The notes below the pieces were generated by a model. It was not told the origin of the DNA. It was given only the letters and a program-made list of their open reading frames with translations, and ran no database searches. The position numbers and the translations under genes are program-made. From an uncultured Candidatus Berkelbacteria bacterium (GTDB taxonomy: Bacteria; Patescibacteriota; UBA1384; UBA12157; JAENIV01), in assembly GCA_963698075.1 (NCBI GenBank), contig OY969116.1, forward strand, positions 189,492 to 253,491: a stretch of DNA of 64,000 nucleotides, read 5' to 3'. This document shows, in pieces, positions 18,992 through 27,837 of the stretch; position 1 is the stretch's first letter, and each line of letters begins with the position of its first letter.

Positions 18992-19774
18992 TTATTTTTT
19001 TGCTGATTTTTTCGCGGGTTTTCTGGTTGCTTTTTTAGTCACTTTTACATGTCTAACCGGTTTTACTGGCACGGCAACTTCTTGGCACGCTTGATCAACC
19101 AAATTAAAATGTTCAACTAAAATTTTCGCCGCACTACCTAAGGCAACTTCTGGATCAACCGAACCATCAGTGGTAATTTCCATGGTCAGTTTATCAAAAT
19201 CTGTTTCTGCCCCAACGCGAGTATTTTCAATTTCATAGTGGACTTTTTTAACCGGGGTAAAAATCGAATCAACTGCAATTGTCCCAATAGGAAGTTTTTC
19301 ATCTTTCCGTTTCTCCACTGGAACATAACCCCGACCCTTGGCAACAGTGATGGCCATGGTTAATTTCCCGGTTTTGGTAAGCGTCGCCAAATACGTTTCC
19401 TTATTAACGACTTCGCAGGCGCCGCTTTCTTCAAAATCTTTGGCCGTCACTTCTTTTGGCCCGCGGGCGGATAATTTCAACGTTATTGGCTCGCTTGAAT
19501 TAAACTTGAAGCGTAGGGTTTTTAAATTTAGAATGATTTCGACGACGTCCTCTTCGACTCCCGGCAAGGTGGTAAATTGATGACTAGCGCCCTCAATGCG
19601 GCAGGAAATAATCGCCGCTCCTTCCAAAGAAGAAAGAAGCACTCGTCGAAGGGAATTTCCGACAGTTACCCCATAGCCTGGCGATAACGGTTCAATGATA
19701 AAAGTTCCTCGGTTGTTCACTTTCTCGAGAGTCTTAATTTGAATGAGACTCGTTTCTGGTAAAATATAATCCAT
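18992..19774 (-). CDS. rpoA: RNA polymerase subunit alpha (260 aa, no alpha-CTD)
   Basis: EPLSPGYGVTVGNSLRRVLLSSL, GRGYVP, TDGSVDP; GGGAG RBS. Confidence 0.97.
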   Translation of the reverse strand: MDYILPETSLIQIKTLEKVNNRGTFIIEPLSPGYGVTVGNSLRRVLLSSLEGAAIISCRIEGASHQFTTLPGVEEDVVEIILNLKTLRFKFNSSEPITLKLSARGPKEVTAKDFEESGACEVVNKETYLATLTKTGKLTMAITVAKGRGYVPVEKRKDEKLPIGTIAVDSIFTPVKKVHYEIENTRVGAETDFDKLTMEITTDGSVDPEVALGSAAKILVEHFNLVDQACQEVAVPVKPVRHVKVTKKATRKPAKKSAKK

Positions 19775-19809
19775 GTTTCTCCCTATGCCACGCTCACCGT
19801 GACCGGGCG

Positions 19810-19828
19810 GCCCCGCCAAAGGCGGGGC
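19810..19828. repeat. short GC-rich palindrome
   Basis: GCCCCGCC-AAA-GGCGGGGC in the rpsD-rpoA spacer. Confidence 0.7.
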
Positions 19829-19845
19829 TTAGCCTTTAATAATAT

Positions 19846-20433
19846 TTAGCGACTATAAAATTCTATTATTAATTGCTCATCTAAATCGGTTTCAATTTCC
19901 GTTCTAAGCGGCTCGCGTAAAACCTCGGCAGAAGTTTTTTTAACATCGAGTTTTAGCCATTTAGGCACGGTTATTTTTTGAATCTCTACGGATTTGCGAC
20001 ATTTGATGATATCTTTGGGCTTAACGCGCATCGAGGGAATATTGGTAATTTTATCGTTAATTGTAAAATGGCGGTGGCCAACAAACTGTCTGGCTTGAGC
20101 TCGAGATGACGCCCAGCCTAAGCGGTAAACAACGTTATCTAATCGTTCTTCTAATAAACGCAGCAAAACCTCCCCCGTGGCACTTTGGGAACGGGACGCC
20201 TCGCGAAAAGTTTTGGCAAATTGACGTTCGCGCAAACCATATTCTGCCTTCGCTTTTTGCTTTTCCAATAATTGCAGACCGTATTCAGATTTTCTAAGCG
20301 TCCCGGTTTTTGCTCCTTGCGAGCCAGGACGATAATTGCGACGAGTCAGGGCACATTTAGGAGAGGTGCAGCGAGCACCTTTAAGAAAAAGTTTGGTTCC
20401 ATGTTGACGGCACTGACGACAAACATCTGCCAT
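19846..20433 (-). CDS. rpsD: 30S ribosomal protein S4
   Basis: SEYGLQLLEKQK, LEERLDNVVYRLG, IIEFYSR. Confidence 0.97.
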   Translation of the reverse strand: MADVCRQCRQHGTKLFLKGARCTSPKCALTRRNYRPGSQGAKTGTLRKSEYGLQLLEKQKAKAEYGLRERQFAKTFREASRSQSATGEVLLRLLEERLDNVVYRLGWASSRAQARQFVGHRHFTINDKITNIPSMRVKPKDIIKCRKSVEIQKITVPKWLKLDVKKTSAEVLREPLRTEIETDLDEQLIIEFYSR

Positions 20434-20819
20434 TAGACTCTCCTTATCTTTTTTGGCCGAGTGCCATTATGGGGTATTGGGGTTATATCGCGAATACTGG
20501 TCACCCTAATTCCCTGACCACCAATCGCCCGGACGGCTGATTCTCGACCAGTGCCGACGCCGGAGACTTTGACCAACGCCTCTTTGATAGCGAATTTGCG
20601 AGCTTTTTCAAGAGCTTTACGAACCGTCATTTGAGCGGCAAAGGGGGTCGCTTTTTTTGTTCCAGCAAAACCGCTCGAACCCGCCGTCGCCCAAGAAATG
20701 GTATTACCGTTTATATCAGTAATGGTCACAATACAATTATTAAAAGAGGATTGAATATAAATCATTGCTTTAGCAACTTCTTTTAAGGTTTTTTTCTTTT
20801 TTTTGATTCGTTTAGCCAT
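20433..20819 (-). CDS. rpsK: 30S ribosomal protein S11
   Basis: SSFNNCIVTITD, TPFAAQ, DITPIPHNG. Confidence 0.97.
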   Translation of the reverse strand: MAKRIKKKKKTLKEVAKAMIYIQSSFNNCIVTITDINGNTISWATAGSSGFAGTKKATPFAAQMTVRKALEKARKFAIKEALVKVSGVGTGRESAVRAIGGQGIRVTSIRDITPIPHNGTRPKKIRRV

Positions 20820-20828
20820 ATGATCTCT

Positions 20829-21212
20829 TTAGGTTTTTTCAGCCGCTTTCTTTCGTCCCGAACCGACAGTCACTCTTTTACCACGTTTAGTCCGAGCATT
20901 AGTTCGGGTTCTCTGGCCTCTGACTGGTAGATTACGGGTATGACGTAGCCCTCGATAAGTGTTAATTTCTTTTAAACGCTTAATATTTTGACTGATCTCC
21001 ATTCGTAAATCGCCCTCAACCTTAATTTGAGCCACAATTTCTCGGATTTTTTCGATCTCATGTTCGCTTAAATCAGCGACTTTTGTATCTACTTTGACCC
21101 CAGCCTCTTGGCAAATTTTCCGGGCCAATGGCACGCCAATGCCTTTGATATAAGCTAAGGAGTAAATTATATGTTTATTATCGGGGATATTAACCCCGGC
21201 AATTCTCGCCAT
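20829..21212 (-). CDS. rpsM: 30S ribosomal protein S13
   Basis: [24 protein letters not shown]. Confidence 0.98.
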   Translation of the reverse strand: MARIAGVNIPDNKHIIYSLAYIKGIGVPLARKICQEAGVKVDTKVADLSEHEIEKIREIVAQIKVEGDLRMEISQNIKRLKEINTYRGLRHTRNLPVRGQRTRTNARTKRGKRVTVGSGRKKAAEKT

Positions 21213-21275
21213 AATCGTTCCTTTCAGTCATTGATATTTTCATTTGACATTTGAGTTTTGAGCTTTGACATTTTA

Positions 21276-21389
21276 TCATCCTTGTCTCTGTTTATGTTTT
21301 GGGTTAACACAAATTACCCGCACTACACCTTTGCGGCGGATAATCTTACATTTTTGACAAATTTTTTTAACTGATGGACGTACCTTCAT
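21276..21389 (-). CDS. rpmJ: 50S ribosomal protein L36
   Basis: [37 protein letters not shown], translated by hand. Confidence 0.97.
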   Translation of the reverse strand: MKVRPSVKKICQKCKIIRRKGVVRVICVNPKHKQRQG

Positions 21390-21511
21390 AATCGTCAATA
21401 GTTAATGGGTTAGGGTTAGGATGCCCGTTACGTCTAATGTCAAGCGTTGAATATCAAAAACACTAATCTTAACCGCCTCACGATACGGGCTTCGTTACCT
21501 TAACCGCTAAA

Positions 21512-21724
21512 CTAAAGTCTCCTAGTTATTCTTCCCTTGGATAAGTCGTACGGCGAAAGCTCAACTGAGACTTTGTCCCCGGGCAAAATCTTAATGTAAT
21601 TCATCCTAATTTTCCCAGAAACGTGGGCCAAAATTTCCTGCCCATTTTCCAGCCTCACACGAAAAGTAGCGTTCGGTAGAGCTTCCGTGACTTCCCCTTG
21701 TAAAACTATTTTTTCTTTATCCAT
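21512..21724 (-). CDS. infA: translation initiation factor IF-1
   Basis: [35 protein letters not shown]. Confidence 0.98.
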   Translation of the reverse strand: MDKEKIVLQGEVTEALPNATFRVRLENGQEILAHVSGKIRMNYIKILPGDKVSVELSPYDLSKGRITRRL

Positions 21725-21776
21725 ACCTTGCACAACTCACTTGTTACTACCATTGTTTAGTAGTGAAACTATTATT

Positions 21777-21805
21777 ATCTTAACACAACTGAGAATTTTC
21801 GTCAA
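21777..21805 (-). promoter_or_regulatory. sigma70 promoter for infA
   Basis: TTGACG-17-TAAGAT. Confidence 0.7.
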
Positions 21806-21866
21806 CCCCAACACCTAAAATTAGGTGGTGGGGGTCAACCCCTTTACAAAGATTTCTGATGAGACA

Positions 21867-21894
21867 TTGCACGATCTTAATTTATCGCTATAAT
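21867..21894 (+). promoter_or_regulatory. sigma70 promoter
   Basis: TTGCAC-16-TATAAT. Confidence 0.6.
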
Positions 21895-21932
21895 CTATTT
21901 GTTGGACTGAAGAAGAACGGGAGAGATGACCG

Positions 21933-22373
21933 ATGGACGAGATTCACCAGTTTTACGCCGTCACCATCAGCGGCTCTCTTTATCTGGTAAGCGATAGACC
22001 TGACACCGAATCTCACGTTCCGATCGTCGAGAAAATCGTCATGATTGGCAGCAGTCGGCTTCCGGCCGGGACCAGACTAACCGGCGGCTCATTGGTTGGG
22101 ATTACCCCCGAGGGAATCCAGATGTTCAATCCGGATAAGCACAACCGCACCGCCTATACTGTTTCTACCAACTATTGGGGAGGCGGCTCTTCCCCAATCG
22201 TCGCCCTGTTCCGAGATGAGAGTGAAGCGAGGGAGTGCCTGGGCTCGTCCGACCTGAAGGCTTGGGACCCGAGGTGGCAAATGGCAACCAACCTTGTCCT
22301 CCAACTGATTGGTAGCGAGCATCCCATTTTCCGTCCTGAGCCACAACTCCTCGAGTCCACTCAATCAAGATAG
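21933..22373 (+). CDS. hypothetical protein (146 aa)
   Basis: GGGAG RBS, own promoter and terminator, GC-rich codons. Confidence 0.8.
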   Translation: MDEIHQFYAVTISGSLYLVSDRPDTESHVPIVEKIVMIGSSRLPAGTRLTGGSLVGITPEGIQMFNPDKHNRTAYTVSTNYWGGGSSPIVALFRDESEARECLGSSDLKAWDPRWQMATNLVLQLIGSEHPIFRPEPQLLESTQSR

Positions 22374-22390
22374 ACTACATTCCATTCGTT

Positions 22391-22419
22391 GAGGGTAAGG
22401 CCTGTGCTTACCCTCTTTT
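22391..22419 (+). terminator. intrinsic terminator
   Basis: GAGGGTAAG...CTTACCCTC-TTTT. Confidence 0.8.
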
Positions 22420-22494
22420 CATTAATACCCCTTTGACAGAAAAATAATATTCAGATATGTTTAAAGCGATCTTGCCTAAGGAGGTGAGCGTACC

Positions 22495-24480
22495 TTGTCT
22501 AAACAAAATCGCCAAGTAACCCCAAGTGAATTCGAGGCTAAATGTACTAATCCTGGAGGAGAAGTCAGCCCAGAGGATCTGGCGAGACTTCTTCGAGAGC
22601 ATTTCCAGCTTGAGGGTGAAATTCAACATTTCTATCAGACTGATGTTTACTACGACACGACTTCATCACCAGATCTGCCGAGATTCCACCTAGGGGGGTC
22701 TGGTTTGAGTCTCCGTGTCCGCAGTTTCAGGGGTGGTGATTCGTATGAACTGACAGCTAAAAGGAATATCTCCGAGATCGGCGGCGTTTTCGTCAGAGAA
22801 GAAGTCCCGGCGATTATTCCGCTTTCTACGGATATCTCTTACCCGATTAACGACCAGAGGCCGAAGCTTCCACCACTCCTTATGATAAGAAAGTACATCA
22901 GCGGCAAGCTTTCACCTGTGGTTATGGTCGAGAATCATCGCATGGTCATCCGTGTTGAGATCGAGGGTCTCAAGATGAAGATCTGTCATGATACGGTTAC
23001 ATATCAAGATTTCCTGACGAACTTACAAGTACCAGATCACGAAATCGAGATTGAATTGCGGGGCCTAAATGCTCAACTGATGGAAGATGTTGTCAGACTT
23101 GTCAGGGAGAAATTCCCTAAACTGGTGGCTCAGCGCGAAGATAAGTATCGGCGCGCACTCGAGCTACTTTTCGGAGAACCGAAACATCGTTCACTTTCTT
23201 ACGTGCCACCGAGCTTTGAGATCGTCAGTCACGACGATATCGAAAGATGTCTTACCCAGGCACCTGAACCATATCGCCCACTGCTGGAGAAGCTCGTTCA
23301 AGATACCACAAGACGTTTAAGCTACAAGTCCCAACTCTCGGTCCTACCAATGCCAACTGATGTCAGACTGGCCCTTTGGCAGGAACGAACAATCGCCAAC
23401 CTGATTGAAGCCAACCCTTTCCTCTATTCTAGCGATCCAGTTCTGGCCGACAGCTGCTTTATCGCCGTTGATCTGCCAGAATCGCCTTTGAGATTCTTTG
23501 AGCATACTCGGGCTCAACATTCAATTGATGTTGCGACCTGGGCGATGACTTTGGCTCGCAAGTGCGGATTCGGAACAGATTCGATCGTTTATGTCGGTTG
23601 TGCTGGCTTAAGACATGACCTTGGACATCCCGCCCTTTGTCACAGTGGCGAAATCGTCGCTAAAGATGTGTGTGGGCTCGATCACGAAGAGAGAACCTTA
23701 CAACTAGTGGATGCAGATGCACCGATCCTATCTCGATACGACTTGGACATCGAGAAACTCAAAGCTATTCTCCGCGAAGAAGACATCGGTCAGATCCTGG
23801 CTTTGGCTGATACTCTTGCATATCTTATTCGAGATGGACAAGCCTGCGAGCGACCGCTTGATCCATCTGTTCCGCGAACAATTGCCGAACATTTTGATTA
23901 TGATTCATCTTCCAACGAGATTATCTTCGACGATGAGCTCATCAGTGCCCTTCAGACAATGCTTGATTTCCGCTTTGAGATGTTTCGGACTGTCTATTAC
24001 CATCCCTATTCCCGAATCGAAGAAGAAATGCAACAGAAAGCCATCAGATGGGCTCTCAGCCAAGGGGTGATAATCATCAGCGACCTTCTCGAGGGAGATG
24101 ATCCGACCCTTCTTAAGAAAATGGCTGAAATGGCAGCCAATGATCCGAAGCTCAAGCAACTGGTCGCCGGCTTTTTCCCGGATTACTGCGCTGTCTATCA
24201 CTACCGACCCCACATCACCTACAAAGGTGCCATTGACGCCGCCAGCATGGATAAAGCCTTAGTTGATGCCGGCTTTGACCCACTTGACTATATCATTAGT
24301 CTTCCAGACACGCGGGCTCATCGAAAAACCATCCGCGGGCGTCGCCTAAATGGCGAATCGGTTGAGCTAAGTGCCCGGAACGTCCGCAATTTCCATCAGT
24401 ATGACTCACAAACAATCATTGCTTTTGCTCCAACGCTTAAGCAACAAGATATCCTTCGAACTTTTCTTCACCCCCGCTAG
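22495..24480 (+). CDS. CYTH/triphosphate-tunnel domain fused to SAMHD1/dNTPase-like HD domain
   Basis: CYTH: QTDVYYDT, LRVR, ELTAK, REEV, CHDTV, EIEIEL, KYRRAL. HD: HTRAQHS, HDLGHPALCHSGE, HEERT, ADTLAYLIRD, VYYHP. AAGGAGGTGA RBS with TTG start; TTGACA promoter at 22433. Confidence 0.85.
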   Translation: MSKQNRQVTPSEFEAKCTNPGGEVSPEDLARLLREHFQLEGEIQHFYQTDVYYDTTSSPDLPRFHLGGSGLSLRVRSFRGGDSYELTAKRNISEIGGVFVREEVPAIIPLSTDISYPINDQRPKLPPLLMIRKYISGKLSPVVMVENHRMVIRVEIEGLKMKICHDTVTYQDFLTNLQVPDHEIEIELRGLNAQLMEDVVRLVREKFPKLVAQREDKYRRALELLFGEPKHRSLSYVPPSFEIVSHDDIERCLTQAPEPYRPLLEKLVQDTTRRLSYKSQLSVLPMPTDVRLALWQERTIANLIEANPFLYSSDPVLADSCFIAVDLPESPLRFFEHTRAQHSIDVATWAMTLARKCGFGTDSIVYVGCAGLRHDLGHPALCHSGEIVAKDVCGLDHEERTLQLVDADAPILSRYDLDIEKLKAILREEDIGQILALADTLAYLIRDGQACERPLDPSVPRTIAEHFDYDSSSNEIIFDDELISALQTMLDFRFEMFRTVYYHPYSRIEEEMQQKAIRWALSQGVIIISDLLEGDDPTLLKKMAEMAANDPKLKQLVAGFFPDYCAVYHYRPHITYKGAIDAASMDKALVDAGFDPLDYIISLPDTRAHRKTIRGRRLNGESVELSARNVRNFHQYDSQTIIAFAPTLKQQDILRTFLHPR

Positions 24481-24497
24481 CCGGGGGTTTCGTGTAT

Positions 24498-25247
24498 TTA
24501 TGAGATCTTAGTTAATATCTCAAAACCGTCGCTGGTTACAGCTACCGTATGCTCGAAATGCGCCGCCAGCGAACCATCTAAAGTCGCCACGGTCCAGCCG
24601 TCATTTAAAATTTTAACATGCCAATCGCCGGCGGCAACCATTGGTTCAAACGCTAAAACCATGCCAACTTTCAGAACCGGGCCAGCGCCCTCTCTGCCAA
24701 AATTGGGAATCGAGGGGTTTTCTTGAAGCTCTTGGCCGATGCCATGACCTGCCAGATCGCGAATGGCGCTATAACCGGCGCCTTCAATAATTTTTTGAAT
24801 CCGATGACAAACATCACCTAAATGGATTCCCGGTTTGATAATATCTAATCCTTCATCTAATGATTTCTTGGTAATTCTCAAAAGTTCTTTCTTTGGATAA
24901 TCGATCCGGCCCACCGGAACGGTTAAAGCAGTGTCGGTATGAAAACCCTTATATAAAATTCCCATGTCGATTCCCACCAAATCATTCTCGCGCAAAATTC
25001 GACCCGACGGGATACCGTGAACGACTTCAGAATTGACTGAGGTACAAATCGAAGCTGGGAATCCTTCATGACCCAAAAATGAGGCCTGAGCGCCACTATT
25101 TTTGATTTCTTTCGCCGCCAGAATATCCAATTCTTTGGTCGTCATTCCTGCCTTAACATTTTGAGCCACTAGATTTAAAATTCGGGCGGCAATTCGGCCT
25201 CCCTCCCGCATAATTTCGATTTCTTTTCCGGTTTTAATCGTAATCAT
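24498..25247 (-). CDS. map: methionine aminopeptidase type I
   Basis: SVNSEVVHGIP, GHGIG, EPMV, AHFEHTV. Confidence 0.97.
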   Translation of the reverse strand: MITIKTGKEIEIMREGGRIAARILNLVAQNVKAGMTTKELDILAAKEIKNSGAQASFLGHEGFPASICTSVNSEVVHGIPSGRILRENDLVGIDMGILYKGFHTDTALTVPVGRIDYPKKELLRITKKSLDEGLDIIKPGIHLGDVCHRIQKIIEGAGYSAIRDLAGHGIGQELQENPSIPNFGREGAGPVLKVGMVLAFEPMVAAGDWHVKILNDGWTVATLDGSLAAHFEHTVAVTSDGFEILTKIS

Positions 25248-25291
25248 CTAGCAACTTTCAAAGACCACTCAATTAAGTTATAATTACCTTA

Positions 25292-27076
25292 ATGATAACG
25301 AAACAAGAAGAAAAATTCAATCACGTTACTGCTTCAGAAATATTTAATTTGCTGAATGGCATTCGCTGTGACAAAAAAACATTTCTGCCATTAGCTCTTT
25401 CTAATATTGAAGAGTTAAAGGATTTCTTTAAAGACGATAAAGATAAAAGTACTAACAATTATTTACTTGCTAATTATTCTCCAGGTGAAAAAATAGTAGA
25501 GTCAGGCAAGATAGAGGATAATTATTTAAAATCTCATAAAAACTTTTCTTATGCCGAGGTCCCACTTGGTTTTATAGTTAAGGGCGATGTAATAGTAAGT
25601 AAAGGTGGCAAGGCAACAAAAAGGTTATCACAGGGTGATTTTATCGGCTTGTTTGAAACGAGCGACTGGATTTTAACAGGCAAAAAGCGTGAAATTGGCG
25701 AATGGAGTTTAACTAATGATTCTCCGACTAAATTGATTTATTTTGGAGCTACAAGTTTGCAAGGTGATGATACTAATCACAGAAAACTCAAAAATTATTT
25801 GGTTGATATTGCGAAGAAAGATTATGTGCCTCAACCAATAACAACCCTCCCTCTTTTAGATTGGGTTGCTAACCATACAACTAAATCACGCTTAAACGAT
25901 TATGCAATAATTGCTCATACCCATCTATTACCAAACAATTTCCCTTTCTTTCGACAATTATCTTACCTCGTGAGCTTTAATAGAATGTTTGTTTTAGAAA
26001 AGCCATATTCAACAGTCAAAAGAACTTTCAACGATCTTGTGCAATCAGGCTGCGAAGTTATCCCAGTCAATATGGAACCAGGTTTTCCTTATGAATATTC
26101 AATTAAAAAGAGCTTGGATATACTCTGGGCAAAGGTTGTCGAAGAACAAAAGAAAACTGGTTTTAAGAAACTTCTAATTATTGATGACGGCGGTGATTTA
26201 TGGCTTTCTATTCCTTGGAATGATTTGGAAGGAGTTTCAATTGCTGGAGCTGAACAAACTCAACGCGGTATAACTCGTATAAAGAATAGCAATCATCATC
26301 TCCCTCCTATTATTAGTGTTGCGTCGAGCGGTGTTAAAAAGATTGTAGAGTCCATTTTCATCGGCAGATCAGTAGTTAACAAACTTAAGGAATTAAGGAT
26401 CCTTAACCAGTCGAGAAGAATTGGAATTATGGGTATGGGAAGTATTGGTCAAGCTGCGACTCAAAGACTAAATGAATTAGGCTATAAGCCATTATTTTAT
26501 GATTATGATTACAAGAAAGACAGTGAAATGTCCAACTATCGTTCATCGATCGATGTGTTACTTAATCAGTCGGATATAATTATTGGCACTACAGGTAACG
26601 ATTCGCTAAAAGGTATCCCATTCGAAAGAGTTCGCGGCCGAAAAATATTAACAAGTGCTTCATCTGCAGATGTAGAGTTCGCCTGCTTGTTGAAAATTGC
26701 CGAATCTACAGCTTCTCCGTTTGGAACACGCTATGTAAAGATAAACGATAACTTAAGTTTTGATATCTTAAATGGTGGTTATCCTATTAACTTTGACCGC
26801 CAAGGGAATGCTACACCAAGCGAAGACATCGTCTTAACTAGATGTCTGATGTATACTGGTGCAATGCAATCATCTAAGTTAATAGAAAGTGGCGTTCAAG
26901 AAGGAGCAATCTACAACCTTGATATTATTACTCAACAAAAACTTTTAGAAAAATGGATTGAAGACAAAAATAAGACGGGTCATAGTCCCGATATCAAAGA
27001 GGATGAAATAGATAACATCATCAAGCACTCAAACATTGAAGAATTTAAGAATATGGAAAGCGTCTGGGAAGACTAA
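25292..27076 (+). CDS. cNMP-binding domain fused to adenosylhomocysteinase-like NAD-binding enzyme
   Basis: cNMP: FIVKGDVIV...LSQGDFIG. AdoHcyase-like: HLL, KPYST, IDDGGD, EQTQRG, GMGSIG, GTTGN, NGGYPINF. TATAAT 7 nt before ATG (leaderless). Confidence 0.8.
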   Translation: MITKQEEKFNHVTASEIFNLLNGIRCDKKTFLPLALSNIEELKDFFKDDKDKSTNNYLLANYSPGEKIVESGKIEDNYLKSHKNFSYAEVPLGFIVKGDVIVSKGGKATKRLSQGDFIGLFETSDWILTGKKREIGEWSLTNDSPTKLIYFGATSLQGDDTNHRKLKNYLVDIAKKDYVPQPITTLPLLDWVANHTTKSRLNDYAIIAHTHLLPNNFPFFRQLSYLVSFNRMFVLEKPYSTVKRTFNDLVQSGCEVIPVNMEPGFPYEYSIKKSLDILWAKVVEEQKKTGFKKLLIIDDGGDLWLSIPWNDLEGVSIAGAEQTQRGITRIKNSNHHLPPIISVASSGVKKIVESIFIGRSVVNKLKELRILNQSRRIGIMGMGSIGQAATQRLNELGYKPLFYDYDYKKDSEMSNYRSSIDVLLNQSDIIIGTTGNDSLKGIPFERVRGRKILTSASSADVEFACLLKIAESTASPFGTRYVKINDNLSFDILNGGYPINFDRQGNATPSEDIVLTRCLMYTGAMQSSKLIESGVQEGAIYNLDIITQQKLLEKWIEDKNKTGHSPDIKEDEIDNIIKHSNIEEFKNMESVWED

Positions 27077-27120
27077 AAACTACCTAAATGTTACCTTTCG
27101 AACCACACAGTTAGAAAAAT

Positions 27121-27152
27121 AAAAAACGGCATGCCACTTGCCGCTTTTTTTT
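27121..27152. terminator. bidirectional terminator
   Basis: A-tract, CGGCA...TGCCG stem, T-tract between convergent genes. Confidence 0.65.
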
Positions 27153-27195
27153 GAATTTAAGCTCCCCGAAAGCGAAGGATAACCCAAGGTCAATA

Positions 27196-27837
27196 CTAAA
27201 GAACTTTCTCAATTTCCTTCCAGACTTCCTCAATCATCGGCTCTCCATCGATGTTAATTAATTGACCTCTTTTTTGGTAGTACGAAATTAAAGGGGCGGT
27301 TTGTTTTTCGTAAGTCTCGATTCTCTTCGCCAAAACCTCTGGTTCATCATCATTCCTGAGAATTAATTTTCCACCACAGCTATCGCAGGTTACCTTCCCC
27401 TCGCCGACTGCATCGCGAAAAATCTTCCCGCATTTTTGGCAGATTCGTCTTTTGTGCATCCGCGCGATTAAAGATTCTGGCCTGACGCGGAGATTTAGAA
27501 TTTTAAGATTATCGAGGTTTTTCTCTTTTAAAAAAATATCCAAGTGGGCGGCTTGAAAAACCGTTCGCGGATAACCATCAAAAACGATTCCCTCATTAAT
27601 ATTAATTTCGCTCAGCTTTTTGGCGACGAATTTTTCTACCAAATCGTCGCTGACTAATTGGCCGCCCTCGATTGACTTGGAAAATTCCTCGCCCAAAGCC
27701 GTTTTTTTTCGGATTTCCTCGCGCATAAGATCACCAGTACCAAAATAAGTCAGGCCTAAAGATTGGGCCAGCTTTTTTGCCTGGGTGCCTTTGCCCGAAC
27801 CCGGCGGCCCTAAAAGAATAAAATTAGTAAATTTCAT
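27196..27837 (-). CDS. adk: adenylate kinase (Zn-lid type)
   Basis: GPPGSGKGTQ, FDGYPRT, CxxC...CxxC lid. Confidence 0.97.
   Translation of the reverse strand: MKFTNFILLGPPGSGKGTQAKKLAQSLGLTYFGTGDLMREEIRKKTALGEEFSKSIEGGQLVSDDLVEKFVAKKLSEININEGIVFDGYPRTVFQAAHLDIFLKEKNLDNLKILNLRVRPESLIARMHKRRICQKCGKIFRDAVGEGKVTCDSCGGKLILRNDDEPEVLAKRIETYEKQTAPLISYYQKRGQLINIDGEPMIEEVWKEIEKVL

Noticed and set aside
25245-25262. LKVAR* overlapping the map start as a relic adk end
   Set aside because: Only a few codons of weak similarity
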